Shown one piece after another: positions 17,776 to 31,129 of a DNA stretch of 64,000 bases. The notes beneath the pieces were generated by a model that saw only the letters and a list, made by a program, of their open reading frames with translations, was not told the origin of the DNA and did no database searches. Positions within the stretch are counted from its first letter, which is position 1, and every line of letters starts with the position of its first letter. The position numbers and the translations under genes are program-made. Origin of the DNA: Verrucomicrobiota bacterium (GTDB lineage Bacteria > Verrucomicrobiota > Verrucomicrobiia > Opitutales > Cerasicoccaceae); contig JBCBUK010000008.1 of the NCBI GenBank assembly GCA_039818205.1, positions 96,001-160,000 of the forward strand, in the 5' to 3' direction.

Positions 17776-18621
17776 ATGATAATCCCACATCGCGTCGAAG
17801 TGCTGCACCCCGTGTGGCCGATCACCAATTTCATCGTCATTGGCCTGTGCGTCATCACGACTGGCTTGTGGTTGTATTCCGACGTGGTGTTTTTGGACCA
17901 CCTCATCCTTGAAGGTTGGAATCCAATTGACATGGCACTTTCAGCACTGCTTCACGCGGATTTCCTACACCTGCTGTTTAATATGCTCTTTCTTTGGGTG
18001 TTCGGCAATGCGATCTGCGCGAAGTTTGGAAATCTGAAATTTTTGGCGATTTTCTTTGGAGGTGCGATGGGCGCTTCATTGGTTCATTTGATTATGGATG
18101 GCAGTCCCTGCGTTGGAGCCAGCGGAGCCATCAATGCCGTCATCGGAGTTTTCCTGGTGCTTTATCCAGTAAATCGCATTCATTGCGCCTACTGGATCTT
18201 TTTTGCCTTCGGGAGTTTTTCGATTAAAGCGTATTGGCTAATAGCCTTCTGGTTTGGGACGGATATTTTTGGGGCGTTTTTTCAGGAACATTCAGATGTG
18301 GCTTTCTGGGCTCATATTGGTGGCCTTCTAGTCGGAATCGGAATCGGCTTTTACGCGCTAGCCACAAATTCAGTCGAAATGGCCGATGTCGATAACGAGA
18401 CCCTTCCCGATCTACTTTTTCGGAAAAAGAAAGCCGGTGATTACGAGATTCCTGAGAGGTCGCGGCGTATCGTTCGGGAGTCGAAGAAGGCGCATTACGT
18501 GCCGGTGGATTCGCCAGAGGTTGAATCGCAAAAAGTTTCTCCACGGACGCCTCCGGCTGCGGAGCCACCGCTAGACTTCAAAATCAAACCCATGCCTCGA
18601 AAATCGAATCCCGAAGAATAA
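17776..18621 (+). CDS. Rhomboid family intramembrane serine protease
   Basis: LHADFLHLLFNMLFLWVFG, catalytic GASG, AHIGG. Confidence 0.93.
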   Translation: MIIPHRVEVLHPVWPITNFIVIGLCVITTGLWLYSDVVFLDHLILEGWNPIDMALSALLHADFLHLLFNMLFLWVFGNAICAKFGNLKFLAIFFGGAMGASLVHLIMDGSPCVGASGAINAVIGVFLVLYPVNRIHCAYWIFFAFGSFSIKAYWLIAFWFGTDIFGAFFQEHSDVAFWAHIGGLLVGIGIGFYALATNSVEMADVDNETLPDLLFRKKKAGDYEIPERSRRIVRESKKAHYVPVDSPEVESQKVSPRTPPAAEPPLDFKIKPMPRKSNPEE

Positions 18622-18701
18622 AGGCTCGGTTAATATTCGATTATCCTGATTTTCTGGATAGAACATTACATCTGTAGGGTATAACAATACTAAACAGAGA
18701 C

Positions 18702-19682
18702 ATGGCGCTATCCCATAAAAAGCTCGCATCCTGGTATTTACAACTCGCCCAAAGCTTGGAGAGCGGGATGAACCTTGTTGCAGCGCTAAACACCTGTAAC
18801 GGGGCCCCTGCAGTCGGGCGACGGCTCATGGCCAACCTACTTGAAGCCGGCGCAAGTATTGACGATATGCTTAAGAAGGCACCGGGTTGGCTGCCCCGAA
18901 AGGATCGCTATTTTTGGTCGGCAGGCACGCATAGCGGCCGCTTGCCGCAAACCTTGCGCAACCTGGCCGACCAACACGAGCGCTTGGGGTCTGCGAAACT
19001 CAAACTGATATTCGGCGCACTCTATCCCGTTGGCATGCTGACTCTGGCTGGTTTCTTGATGCCAATCATGTGGCAGATCGATTTTGAAAAAGGAATTAGT
19101 GGTTGGGACGACTGGGATATGGCGGGATACCTGTTGAACGTCGCAAAAATCCAGGTTCCGCTGTGGGGCAGTATTGCAACCATCATTCTGCTCTCGACGT
19201 TTCAGAATCCCGTCCTCCCCTTCTTAGCGAGTATATTTCCGGGCTTTCGCGGTCACCAGCGAAACCAGGCGGCAGCAGATTTTTCCTATGCCTTGGCGGC
19301 CTTCATTGATGCTGGCACGCCCATCGACAAAGCCTGGGCCGGCGCCGGCATGGTCACAGCCCGCGCCAATTACCGCAAAGCGGGCAGCGCGATGCGGGAC
19401 TTGATCGAAGATGGTGCGACGCCGTCAGAACACCTGAAAAAGTTTCGTTGTTTCAACTCCGACTTTCAGGCGCTCTATACCACCGGCGAGAAAACCGGTA
19501 AACTCGACGAAAACCTAATCGTGTTGGGTCGGCAGTTTCAGGATAAGGCTAATCGTTCGATGACCTTTGCCAGTATCTTCTACCCCGCAATTATGCTCGG
19601 AGCGATCGCCATCATGATGGTGATCAGTATCGTGACCATGTATGCCGCCTACCTGGAGGGCGTCACGAGTCAGTTCGATTAG
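18702..19682 (+). CDS. Type II secretion F / PilC family inner-membrane platform protein
   Basis: Two T2SSF repeats (QLAQSLESG...SGRLPQTL; TGEKTGKLDENL), each followed by YP and a TM helix. Confidence 0.85.
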   Translation: MALSHKKLASWYLQLAQSLESGMNLVAALNTCNGAPAVGRRLMANLLEAGASIDDMLKKAPGWLPRKDRYFWSAGTHSGRLPQTLRNLADQHERLGSAKLKLIFGALYPVGMLTLAGFLMPIMWQIDFEKGISGWDDWDMAGYLLNVAKIQVPLWGSIATIILLSTFQNPVLPFLASIFPGFRGHQRNQAAADFSYALAAFIDAGTPIDKAWAGAGMVTARANYRKAGSAMRDLIEDGATPSEHLKKFRCFNSDFQALYTTGEKTGKLDENLIVLGRQFQDKANRSMTFASIFYPAIMLGAIAIMMVISIVTMYAAYLEGVTSQFD

Positions 19683-19721
19683 GCCTCCATCGTTCATTAT
19701 CTTTGTTGAACGCCTGCGAAA

Positions 19722-20570
19722 ATGAGTCAGCAACGCCAAGCCATGTCAATCATCGCCCTGCTCTCGCTGGGCATGGTCCTGGCGCTTTTTTTGGGTTACT
19801 TTTTCGGAGTCGGGCAAGCTGGCAGCGTCGAAGCTCCTGTCCCGAAAGAGCCAACCGAATTGGAAGAAGCTGGAATCCGACCGCAAGAATCGAGTCAGGA
19901 TGAGATCGAGGCATTGCGGAAGCGCATTGCGAAACTTGAGGCGAGTCTAGCAACCGAACAGCAATTACGGGGGCAATCCGCCCAAAAGCTAGCGAAAGCA
20001 CTGAAAAAAGCTGATCGCTACGACCTCATCCGGGAGATGCTCGTTCAAGAGAGCATTGGGATCTTTGGAAATGTTAGCGCGATTTCGTATGATGCCCAAA
20101 CGTTCGCGGTGAGCGATGGACTGCGTGATTTGTTAGGTCTCGATGATCACACCTTTGACCAATTGAACCAGATTAACGCACGCACGCTCCGACGACTGCA
20201 AGAATGGGAAACAGCCAATGCGAAGACCGTTGATTTTTCGGAGAACAAACTGATTCTTGAATTGCCCCGGCTCCCGCAAGATGCACTCGAGCAGTACGTA
20301 GTTGAACTCGAAGAAGTCATGTCGCGGCAAGATGCTGAGTTGGTTGGCGCATTGTCCAAGTCGCTCTTCCGACCATTTTCTGTTGATCGCCGGATGGAAT
20401 TTTCGATGAGCGATGACGATACGATTAGACTCCAGGTTTCAAACGTTAACGAGAGCGATCCAATTCAGTTAGATTTCTCCGTCCAATCGTCAGTTTTTAA
20501 TGGCGATCAAACCCTCAGTGGTCGCTGGGATCATCTTATTGATATGATCGACGAGCCGCATGGGCACTAG
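19722..20570 (+). CDS. Hypothetical membrane-anchored coiled-coil protein
   Basis: N-terminal hydrophobic segment, heptad-rich EALRKRIAKLEASL; 39 nt after the pilC-like gene. Confidence 0.65.
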   Translation: MSQQRQAMSIIALLSLGMVLALFLGYFFGVGQAGSVEAPVPKEPTELEEAGIRPQESSQDEIEALRKRIAKLEASLATEQQLRGQSAQKLAKALKKADRYDLIREMLVQESIGIFGNVSAISYDAQTFAVSDGLRDLLGLDDHTFDQLNQINARTLRRLQEWETANAKTVDFSENKLILELPRLPQDALEQYVVELEEVMSRQDAELVGALSKSLFRPFSVDRRMEFSMSDDDTIRLQVSNVNESDPIQLDFSVQSSVFNGDQTLSGRWDHLIDMIDEPHGH

Positions 20571-20993
20571 TTGATCCGCGAATTCTCGAAATTGAGTTGC
20601 GCGGAACAGTGTCGAGGTAACGAGGCTTTCGAGAACCGTCTTTACCCCGTGAATGGTGATCGCAGGATCGATCACGGGCGCTGATTTAGTGGAAAAAATG
20701 CACTTTTTTCACGGCTTCCAGGTGGCGAAGGAGCGCAAACCCTGATATATTCTACTGTTCCAGGGTATTTCGGCCACTTTGCGAGACTGAATCTCATTGA
20801 GAAAAAGTTTTTGCATTTTGAACAAAGAGGCCCAATTTTTCTCTATTCCCATCATGGGACTTCTACGACAGTAACGAATTTCAGCGGTTGACCGGCGGTT
20901 GTCCGCCGGATCTGTTGCCACCGTATTCCATTTTGCCGGGCCTGTCGCCCAGCTCCAATTCGTTAACTCATTAAAACACTTAAGCATCACTCT

Positions 20994-25658
<4,665 letters not shown>

Positions 25659-25709
25659 GCGTTGCCCCATTCGAAACCTCTAAGACTAATTTCTGATTTA
25701 GATACTATT

Positions 25710-27200
25710 ATGGGAAAACCAACCGGATTTCTGGAAGTAGAACGCAAGACCGTCACTGAGCTGGACCCGAAGGAGCGCATCAAGAACTGGAAAGAGTTCA
25801 AGGCGCACCCGGAGGAAGGACACCTGCGCGAACAGGGTTCACGCTGTATGGATTGCGGTACCCCATTCTGCCACACCGGCCACCTTGTATCGGGGATGGC
25901 TAGTGGTTGCCCAGTGAACAACTTAATTCCTGAATGGAACGACCTGGTCTACCGCGGCCGTTGGAAGGAAGCCCTTGAGCGTTTGCACAAGACCAACAAC
26001 TTCCCTGAGTTTACCGGTCGCGTATGCCCGGCACCCTGCGAAGGTTCTTGCGTCCTCGGCGTGATTGAGCCGCCAGTAACCATTAAGAACATCGAGTGCG
26101 CGATCATTGACACTGGTTGGGAAGAAGGCTGGGTTCAGCCCAACCCTCCAGAGCAGCGCACTGGAAAAAAAGTCGCTGTCGTTGGCTCAGGCCCAGCAGG
26201 GCTAGCCGCCGCCGATCAACTGAACCAAGCCGGCCACGAAGTTACCGTTTTTGAGCGGGCTGACCGCATTGGTGGCTTGCTCATGTATGGTATTCCAAAC
26301 ATGAAGCTCGACAAAGAGCAGGTTGTTCAACGCCGCGTCGACTTGATGGAAGCTGAGGGTGTGACGTTTACCACAAAGTGTGAAATCGGCAAGGATATCA
26401 CCGCGACCGATCTGCAAAATGATTTTGATGCCGTTGTCTATTGCACGGGTGCCACCAAGCCACGTGACCTTCCCATCGATGGCCGCGAGTTCAATGGTGT
26501 TCACTTTGCGATGGAGTTCCTGACTGAGAACACTCAGTACCAGCTCGACAATGAGTTCGATGGCTCACTACCTGCGCTGAATGCCGCTGGAAAGGACGTC
26601 GTTGTCATTGGCGGTGGTGACACCGGAACCGACTGCGTCGGCACTTCGATTCGTCATGGCTGCAAGAGTGTGACTCAGCTCGAGATCATGCCGCGCCCAC
26701 CGGAAGAGCGTCAGGCCAACAATCCATGGCCCGAATGGCCGAAAATTTACCGCATGGACTACGGCCAGGAAGAAGCTGCGGCATTGCAGGGCGAAGATCC
26801 GCGCGAATACCTGGTAATGACTGAACGCTTTATCGATGACGGCAATGGCAACCTCGCCGGGCTCGAAATCGTCAATATCGAGTGGGATAAGGATGAAAAT
26901 GGACGTTTTTTCCCCAAGAAGCTCGAAGACACGCGCCGCACCCTGCCCGCTCAACTAGCGACTTTGGCAATGGGATTCCTCGGGCCGGAGCAAACCGTTG
27001 TTGAGCAACTGAACTTGGACACTGACCCACGCTCGAACATCAAAGCCGAGCACGAAAAGTATATCACCAACGTTGAGGGTGTATTTGCCGCTGGTGATTG
27101 CCGTCGTGGCCAAAGCCTGGTCGTGTGGGCAATCAATGAGGGCCGTGGAGCCGCCCGCGAGGTGGATCGCTACCTGATGGGCACCACCACGCTTCCTTAA
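25710..27200 (+). CDS. gltD: Glutamate synthase small subunit
   Basis: MGKPTGF start, [33 protein letters not shown]. Confidence 0.98.
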   Translation: MGKPTGFLEVERKTVTELDPKERIKNWKEFKAHPEEGHLREQGSRCMDCGTPFCHTGHLVSGMASGCPVNNLIPEWNDLVYRGRWKEALERLHKTNNFPEFTGRVCPAPCEGSCVLGVIEPPVTIKNIECAIIDTGWEEGWVQPNPPEQRTGKKVAVVGSGPAGLAAADQLNQAGHEVTVFERADRIGGLLMYGIPNMKLDKEQVVQRRVDLMEAEGVTFTTKCEIGKDITATDLQNDFDAVVYCTGATKPRDLPIDGREFNGVHFAMEFLTENTQYQLDNEFDGSLPALNAAGKDVVVIGGGDTGTDCVGTSIRHGCKSVTQLEIMPRPPEERQANNPWPEWPKIYRMDYGQEEAAALQGEDPREYLVMTERFIDDGNGNLAGLEIVNIEWDKDENGRFFPKKLEDTRRTLPAQLATLAMGFLGPEQTVVEQLNLDTDPRSNIKAEHEKYITNVEGVFAAGDCRRGQSLVVWAINEGRGAAREVDRYLMGTTTLP

Positions 27201-27219
27201 TACGGTTTGAATAGTTTCT

Positions 27220-27260
27220 AAAACGGCGTTGCCATCACGGGTAGCGCCGTTTTTGCTTTT
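27220..27260 (+). terminator. Intrinsic terminator after gltD
   Basis: AAAACGGCGTTGCC-loop-GGTAGCGCCGTTTTT followed by a T-rich tail. Confidence 0.8.
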
Positions 27261-27271
27261 TGGTTTCATTC

Positions 27272-28225
27272 ATGCGAAAATTCATCTGGGAAGTCATCAA
27301 GTTCAGCAGCGTGCAATTTGTGCTGCTGGCGACCTTCCTGACGGTGTTTTTTGGAATTCCCGAAAAGTATCACTACCTCGCGGCAGCCGAAGATAAAAAA
27401 TACCGCTTCGACCATGCGGAAGGCCCACGCTTGATTTTGATTGGCGACTCGGGGGTTGCCTACGGGATGGATTCCTCGATTTTAGCAGAGGAGTTCCCGG
27501 ATTATACTGTGATCAATATGGCTTTGATGGCGGGGCTTGGATTTCGAAACATTCTGGCCGAGGTCGAAGATGACCTGCGCCCGGGAGACGTCGTGGTCGT
27601 CATTTTTGCCCACCAGCTTTTCGATCGAAATATCCTCCACCACCAGTATTGGAACTACCTCACCTATCGACCTGACATGTTCGTCAAGCTGGATTGGCGT
27701 GATTGGCCCGTCTTGATGGATAACGCTGGGTTCTTGGCTCAACGCGGTTTGAAGGTCTACAAGCGGGTAATGACCTGGAAAGTGCACCCAGATCGCCCTG
27801 GGCCGGTAAACCGAGCAGGATTCAACGAGTATGGTGACCTGGTCGCGCACCATGGCGCAACCACTTTGCCCACAATCAACTATCCCATGAACGATCTGAA
27901 TTTAGAAAAGGAATGGTTTTCGAAGTTGGTCGTCAAAGAAATGAACGCCTTCGCCCGCAAGGCTGACGCTGCCGGAGCGGAAGTTTTCTATATGTTTCCA
28001 GCGATTCCGGAATCCTCCTGGGCCGAGGGTAAAGAACGAATTCTTAAATCGGAGCAATACGCGGTAGAGGGGTTTGAATTTCCCATTTTGAACAATGCGG
28101 AAGAGATGGTTTACCCTGATGATGATTTCTATGACACGAACTACCACCTGCTAGGTCCTGCTGCCAAACGGCGCACGGAGCTCCTGGCTGAACGTTTAAA
28201 AAGCAAAATTGGAAGAGAAGAGTAG
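27272..28225 (+). CDS. SGNH-hydrolase-like membrane-anchored protein (DltD/AlgJ-like), paralog 1
   Basis: N-terminal TM; IGDSGVAYG; FNEYGD; FYDTNYHL. Confidence 0.7.
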   Translation: MRKFIWEVIKFSSVQFVLLATFLTVFFGIPEKYHYLAAAEDKKYRFDHAEGPRLILIGDSGVAYGMDSSILAEEFPDYTVINMALMAGLGFRNILAEVEDDLRPGDVVVVIFAHQLFDRNILHHQYWNYLTYRPDMFVKLDWRDWPVLMDNAGFLAQRGLKVYKRVMTWKVHPDRPGPVNRAGFNEYGDLVAHHGATTLPTINYPMNDLNLEKEWFSKLVVKEMNAFARKADAAGAEVFYMFPAIPESSWAEGKERILKSEQYAVEGFEFPILNNAEEMVYPDDDFYDTNYHLLGPAAKRRTELLAERLKSKIGREE

Positions 28226-28229
28226 CAGC

Positions 28230-29270
28230 ATGGCCACCACGGATAACACCATCGCTCAAAAGGCCTCTTCCTCGGCATCCAGTATGGGGAAGTTTCTCTT
28301 TGAATTTTCAAAGTTTGGAATCATCCAAGTCGCGATCCTGAGTCTAATCCTCTACATCTTTTTCAGCTATCCGCGGGACAATGACCCGAGCGCCTGGGGC
28401 GTCGAAAAACGCGAGCGAATGGAAAATACGCCTGGTCCGCGGCTCGTTTTGATGGGTGATTCGAATGTCGTTCTCGGGGTTAGTTCGCCCATGCTACACG
28501 AAGCCTATCCCGAAATTCATCCGGTTAATGCGGGACTCTACGCATTCCTCGGCCACCGCATCATCCTCAACGAAATCGAAGACCTCGTCCAGCCCGGCGA
28601 CACTGTGGTTATTAGCTGGGTCTACGCCCATTTTGCGGCGAACGAGATCCAGAACCTTTACTACCACTACGCGGTTCAGCGTCCGGAATCGTTTAAACAC
28701 TTTACGGGCGAAGAGATTCGCTGGTTCTTTGACGGTGGTACCTACCTGATCAAGGAAGCGCTTAAACGAACCAAGAAGATCCTACTGCTCCACAAACGCG
28801 ATGCTTTTGGGCCGCCCTATGGGCGGGACAACCTCAATGAATATGGAGACGGAGTTGGGCACTATGGGATGGAGTCGCCTCCCGGCACGCGGACCACGAT
28901 TAAAGAGTTCGTTGCGACCCCGGATGGCTATACCGGAGAGATTATCGAAATGCTCAACGATTTAAATAAACGTATGGAAGAACGCGGAGCTCGCATGCTT
29001 TTTGCTTATCCTCCTATTAGTGAGCAGTCTTACGTTGAGAATGAAACGTCAATCAAACTACTGGACAACGTTCTTCACGAACGTCTGGAATTTCCAATAA
29101 TCAACCAGCCCGAAGCCATGCTATATCCAGATGATGTCTTCTTCGACTCTTCCTACCATCTAAAAGAGGATGCCGTCTACGACCGTACCGAACGACTCAT
29201 TGACAGCTTACGACCTTTCCTTCGAAGCGAAGGAAATTCCGATAAACCCATCGATTCGTCCAGTAACTAG
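28230..29270 (+). CDS. SGNH-hydrolase-like membrane-anchored protein, paralog 2
   Basis: MGDSNVVLG; LNEYGD; FFDSSYHL; start 28230 or 28284. Confidence 0.7.
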   Translation: MATTDNTIAQKASSSASSMGKFLFEFSKFGIIQVAILSLILYIFFSYPRDNDPSAWGVEKRERMENTPGPRLVLMGDSNVVLGVSSPMLHEAYPEIHPVNAGLYAFLGHRIILNEIEDLVQPGDTVVISWVYAHFAANEIQNLYYHYAVQRPESFKHFTGEEIRWFFDGGTYLIKEALKRTKKILLLHKRDAFGPPYGRDNLNEYGDGVGHYGMESPPGTRTTIKEFVATPDGYTGEIIEMLNDLNKRMEERGARMLFAYPPISEQSYVENETSIKLLDNVLHERLEFPIINQPEAMLYPDDVFFDSSYHLKEDAVYDRTERLIDSLRPFLRSEGNSDKPIDSSSN

Positions 29271-29288
29271 GTTGACATAGGGACCGCC

Positions 29289-30245
29289 GTGAAACGCTTT
29301 CTGTGGCAAATAGCTAAATTCATTTTACTGCAGGCAATCATTCTTGCAGCGAGTTTACTCACTTTCTTTGGTGAGCCGAACAAACACCATTTCCTGGCCG
29401 GTGCTATCGATAAGAAAGCTCGCTATGAGTCTCTCGAAGGTCCTCGAATCATCGTAGTCGGTGACTCTGGTGCCGCATTTGGGATTTATTCTCCAATTTT
29501 GGAAGAACGCTTTCCAAGCCACCAACCGGTCAACATGGCGTTGATGGCTGCGGTTGGATTGCCAACGATGCTATCCGAGGTGGAGGATGGATTGCGCGAG
29601 GGAGATGTCGTGGTCCTTATATTGGCCTACCAACATTTCGACCGATACATCTACAGTTGGGAGTTCTTCAACTACCTGGCTTATCGACCAGATCAGATGT
29701 TTTCGAAGCCCCTCCGAGAGTACAAAGATCTGTCTTCAATTGGTTTCTATTTTGTTCATCGGGCGATCCGCAGCCTTCCCCGTTATTTTACGATTGGCCC
29801 GCACCAACCGCGGAACCCACCGATGCATCGTGAAGGATTCAATGAATACGGCGACCTCGTGGCCCACTATGAAATGGACCCTGCCCAAGGGTTTTCGCTC
29901 ACCATGGATGACTTAAGCCTTACTGAACTGAAGCATACGGACTCAATTATCAAGGATCTGAATCGGTTTGCAGAGGTGGCTGAATCGCGTGGTGCTGAGG
30001 TCTTTCTACTGTTGCCATCGATCAGCGAGACAACCTGGGAGCAGAATCGAGAGGTCATTGAAAAGATTGACGACTACGTTCGGACGCGTCTGGATTTCCC
30101 AGTCTTGAACCATCCGGATGAAGTCATCTATCCGGATGATAACTTTTTTGATACTTTCTACCACTTAACGGGACCCGCTGCGAAGCGGAGAACTGAGCAC
30201 TTGGCGAAACGCCTGGAGCCAATCGTCGATTCCAAAGCAAAATAG
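29289..30245 (+). CDS. SGNH-hydrolase-like membrane-anchored protein, paralog 3
   Basis: VGDSGAAFG; FNEYGD; FFDTFYHL; GTG start. Confidence 0.7.
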   Translation: MKRFLWQIAKFILLQAIILAASLLTFFGEPNKHHFLAGAIDKKARYESLEGPRIIVVGDSGAAFGIYSPILEERFPSHQPVNMALMAAVGLPTMLSEVEDGLREGDVVVLILAYQHFDRYIYSWEFFNYLAYRPDQMFSKPLREYKDLSSIGFYFVHRAIRSLPRYFTIGPHQPRNPPMHREGFNEYGDLVAHYEMDPAQGFSLTMDDLSLTELKHTDSIIKDLNRFAEVAESRGAEVFLLLPSISETTWEQNREVIEKIDDYVRTRLDFPVLNHPDEVIYPDDNFFDTFYHLTGPAAKRRTEHLAKRLEPIVDSKAK

Positions 30246-30250
30246 CATTC

Positions 30251-31129
30251 ATGAACCCCACCTTACTTATTTTAGCGGCCGGAATGGGCAGTCGTTACGG
30301 AGGTCTCAAGCAGATCGATCCGATGGGCCCCAACGGAGAGACTCTCTTAGACTATTCACTGAACGACGCCATCGCAGCGGGCTTTGGGAAAGTCGTCTTT
30401 GTGATTCGCCAAGAGTTTGAAGAGACTTTTCGCACGGTGATCGGTAACAAGTTTCAGGATCGAATCGAGGTCGCCTACGCCTTTCAGGACTTGGCCGATT
30501 TGCCGGAAGGATTTCAGGTTCCCGAGGGTCGCGTTAAGCCATGGGGAACGGCTCATGCGATTCGCGCAGCGCGCAACGAGATCGACACTCACTTCGTCGC
30601 GATCAACGCAGACGACTATTACGGAGCTGACGCCTACCATCGTATTGCCGAGGTCATCGCCGGAATGTCGGATGACGCGGGCGATATTGCGATGATTGGA
30701 TATCCGATCGAAAACACGTTGTCGCCAAACGGCACGGTCAATCGCGGCATTTGCACGCTGGATCAAACGCTCCTCAAGACAGTAGAGGAACACACTGCGA
30801 TTGCGGCAAATGAGTCGGGAAATATCTCTGGCGACAATCTGACCGGAGAGAATGTCGAAATACCGAACGGCGCTCTCGTATCGATGAACTTTTGGGCGTT
30901 TTCACCAAAATTCTTTGAGCCACTTGAAAAACACTTCATCGAGTTTCTCAAAGCGAATATCGAAAAGGAAAAGTCGGAGTGCTACATTCCAACGGTTGTC
31001 GATGACCTTATCTCCTCCGGGCTGGCTCATTGCCATGTTTACCCGACAACCGGCGCGTGGTTTGGTGTCACCTATCCTGAGGACAAGGCGTTAGTTCAAG
31101 AACGATTAGTCCGCGCCCTTTCCGTCTGA
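30251..31129 (+). CDS. Sugar-phosphate nucleotidyltransferase family protein
   Basis: LAAGMGSRYGGLKQ, KPWGTAHA, INADDYYG, WFGVTYPED. Confidence 0.9.
   Translation: MNPTLLILAAGMGSRYGGLKQIDPMGPNGETLLDYSLNDAIAAGFGKVVFVIRQEFEETFRTVIGNKFQDRIEVAYAFQDLADLPEGFQVPEGRVKPWGTAHAIRAARNEIDTHFVAINADDYYGADAYHRIAEVIAGMSDDAGDIAMIGYPIENTLSPNGTVNRGICTLDQTLLKTVEEHTAIAANESGNISGDNLTGENVEIPNGALVSMNFWAFSPKFFEPLEKHFIEFLKANIEKEKSECYIPTVVDDLISSGLAHCHVYPTTGAWFGVTYPEDKALVQERLVRALSV

Noticed and set aside
20720..20790. Sigma54 promoter for gltBD
   Set aside because: GG-to-GC spacings are 9 and 7 nt, not the required 10
20709..20990. 93-aa minus-strand ORF in the gltB upstream gap
   Set aside because: Overlaps the gltB promoter/leader, starts 3 nt from the gltB start and has no protein-like features
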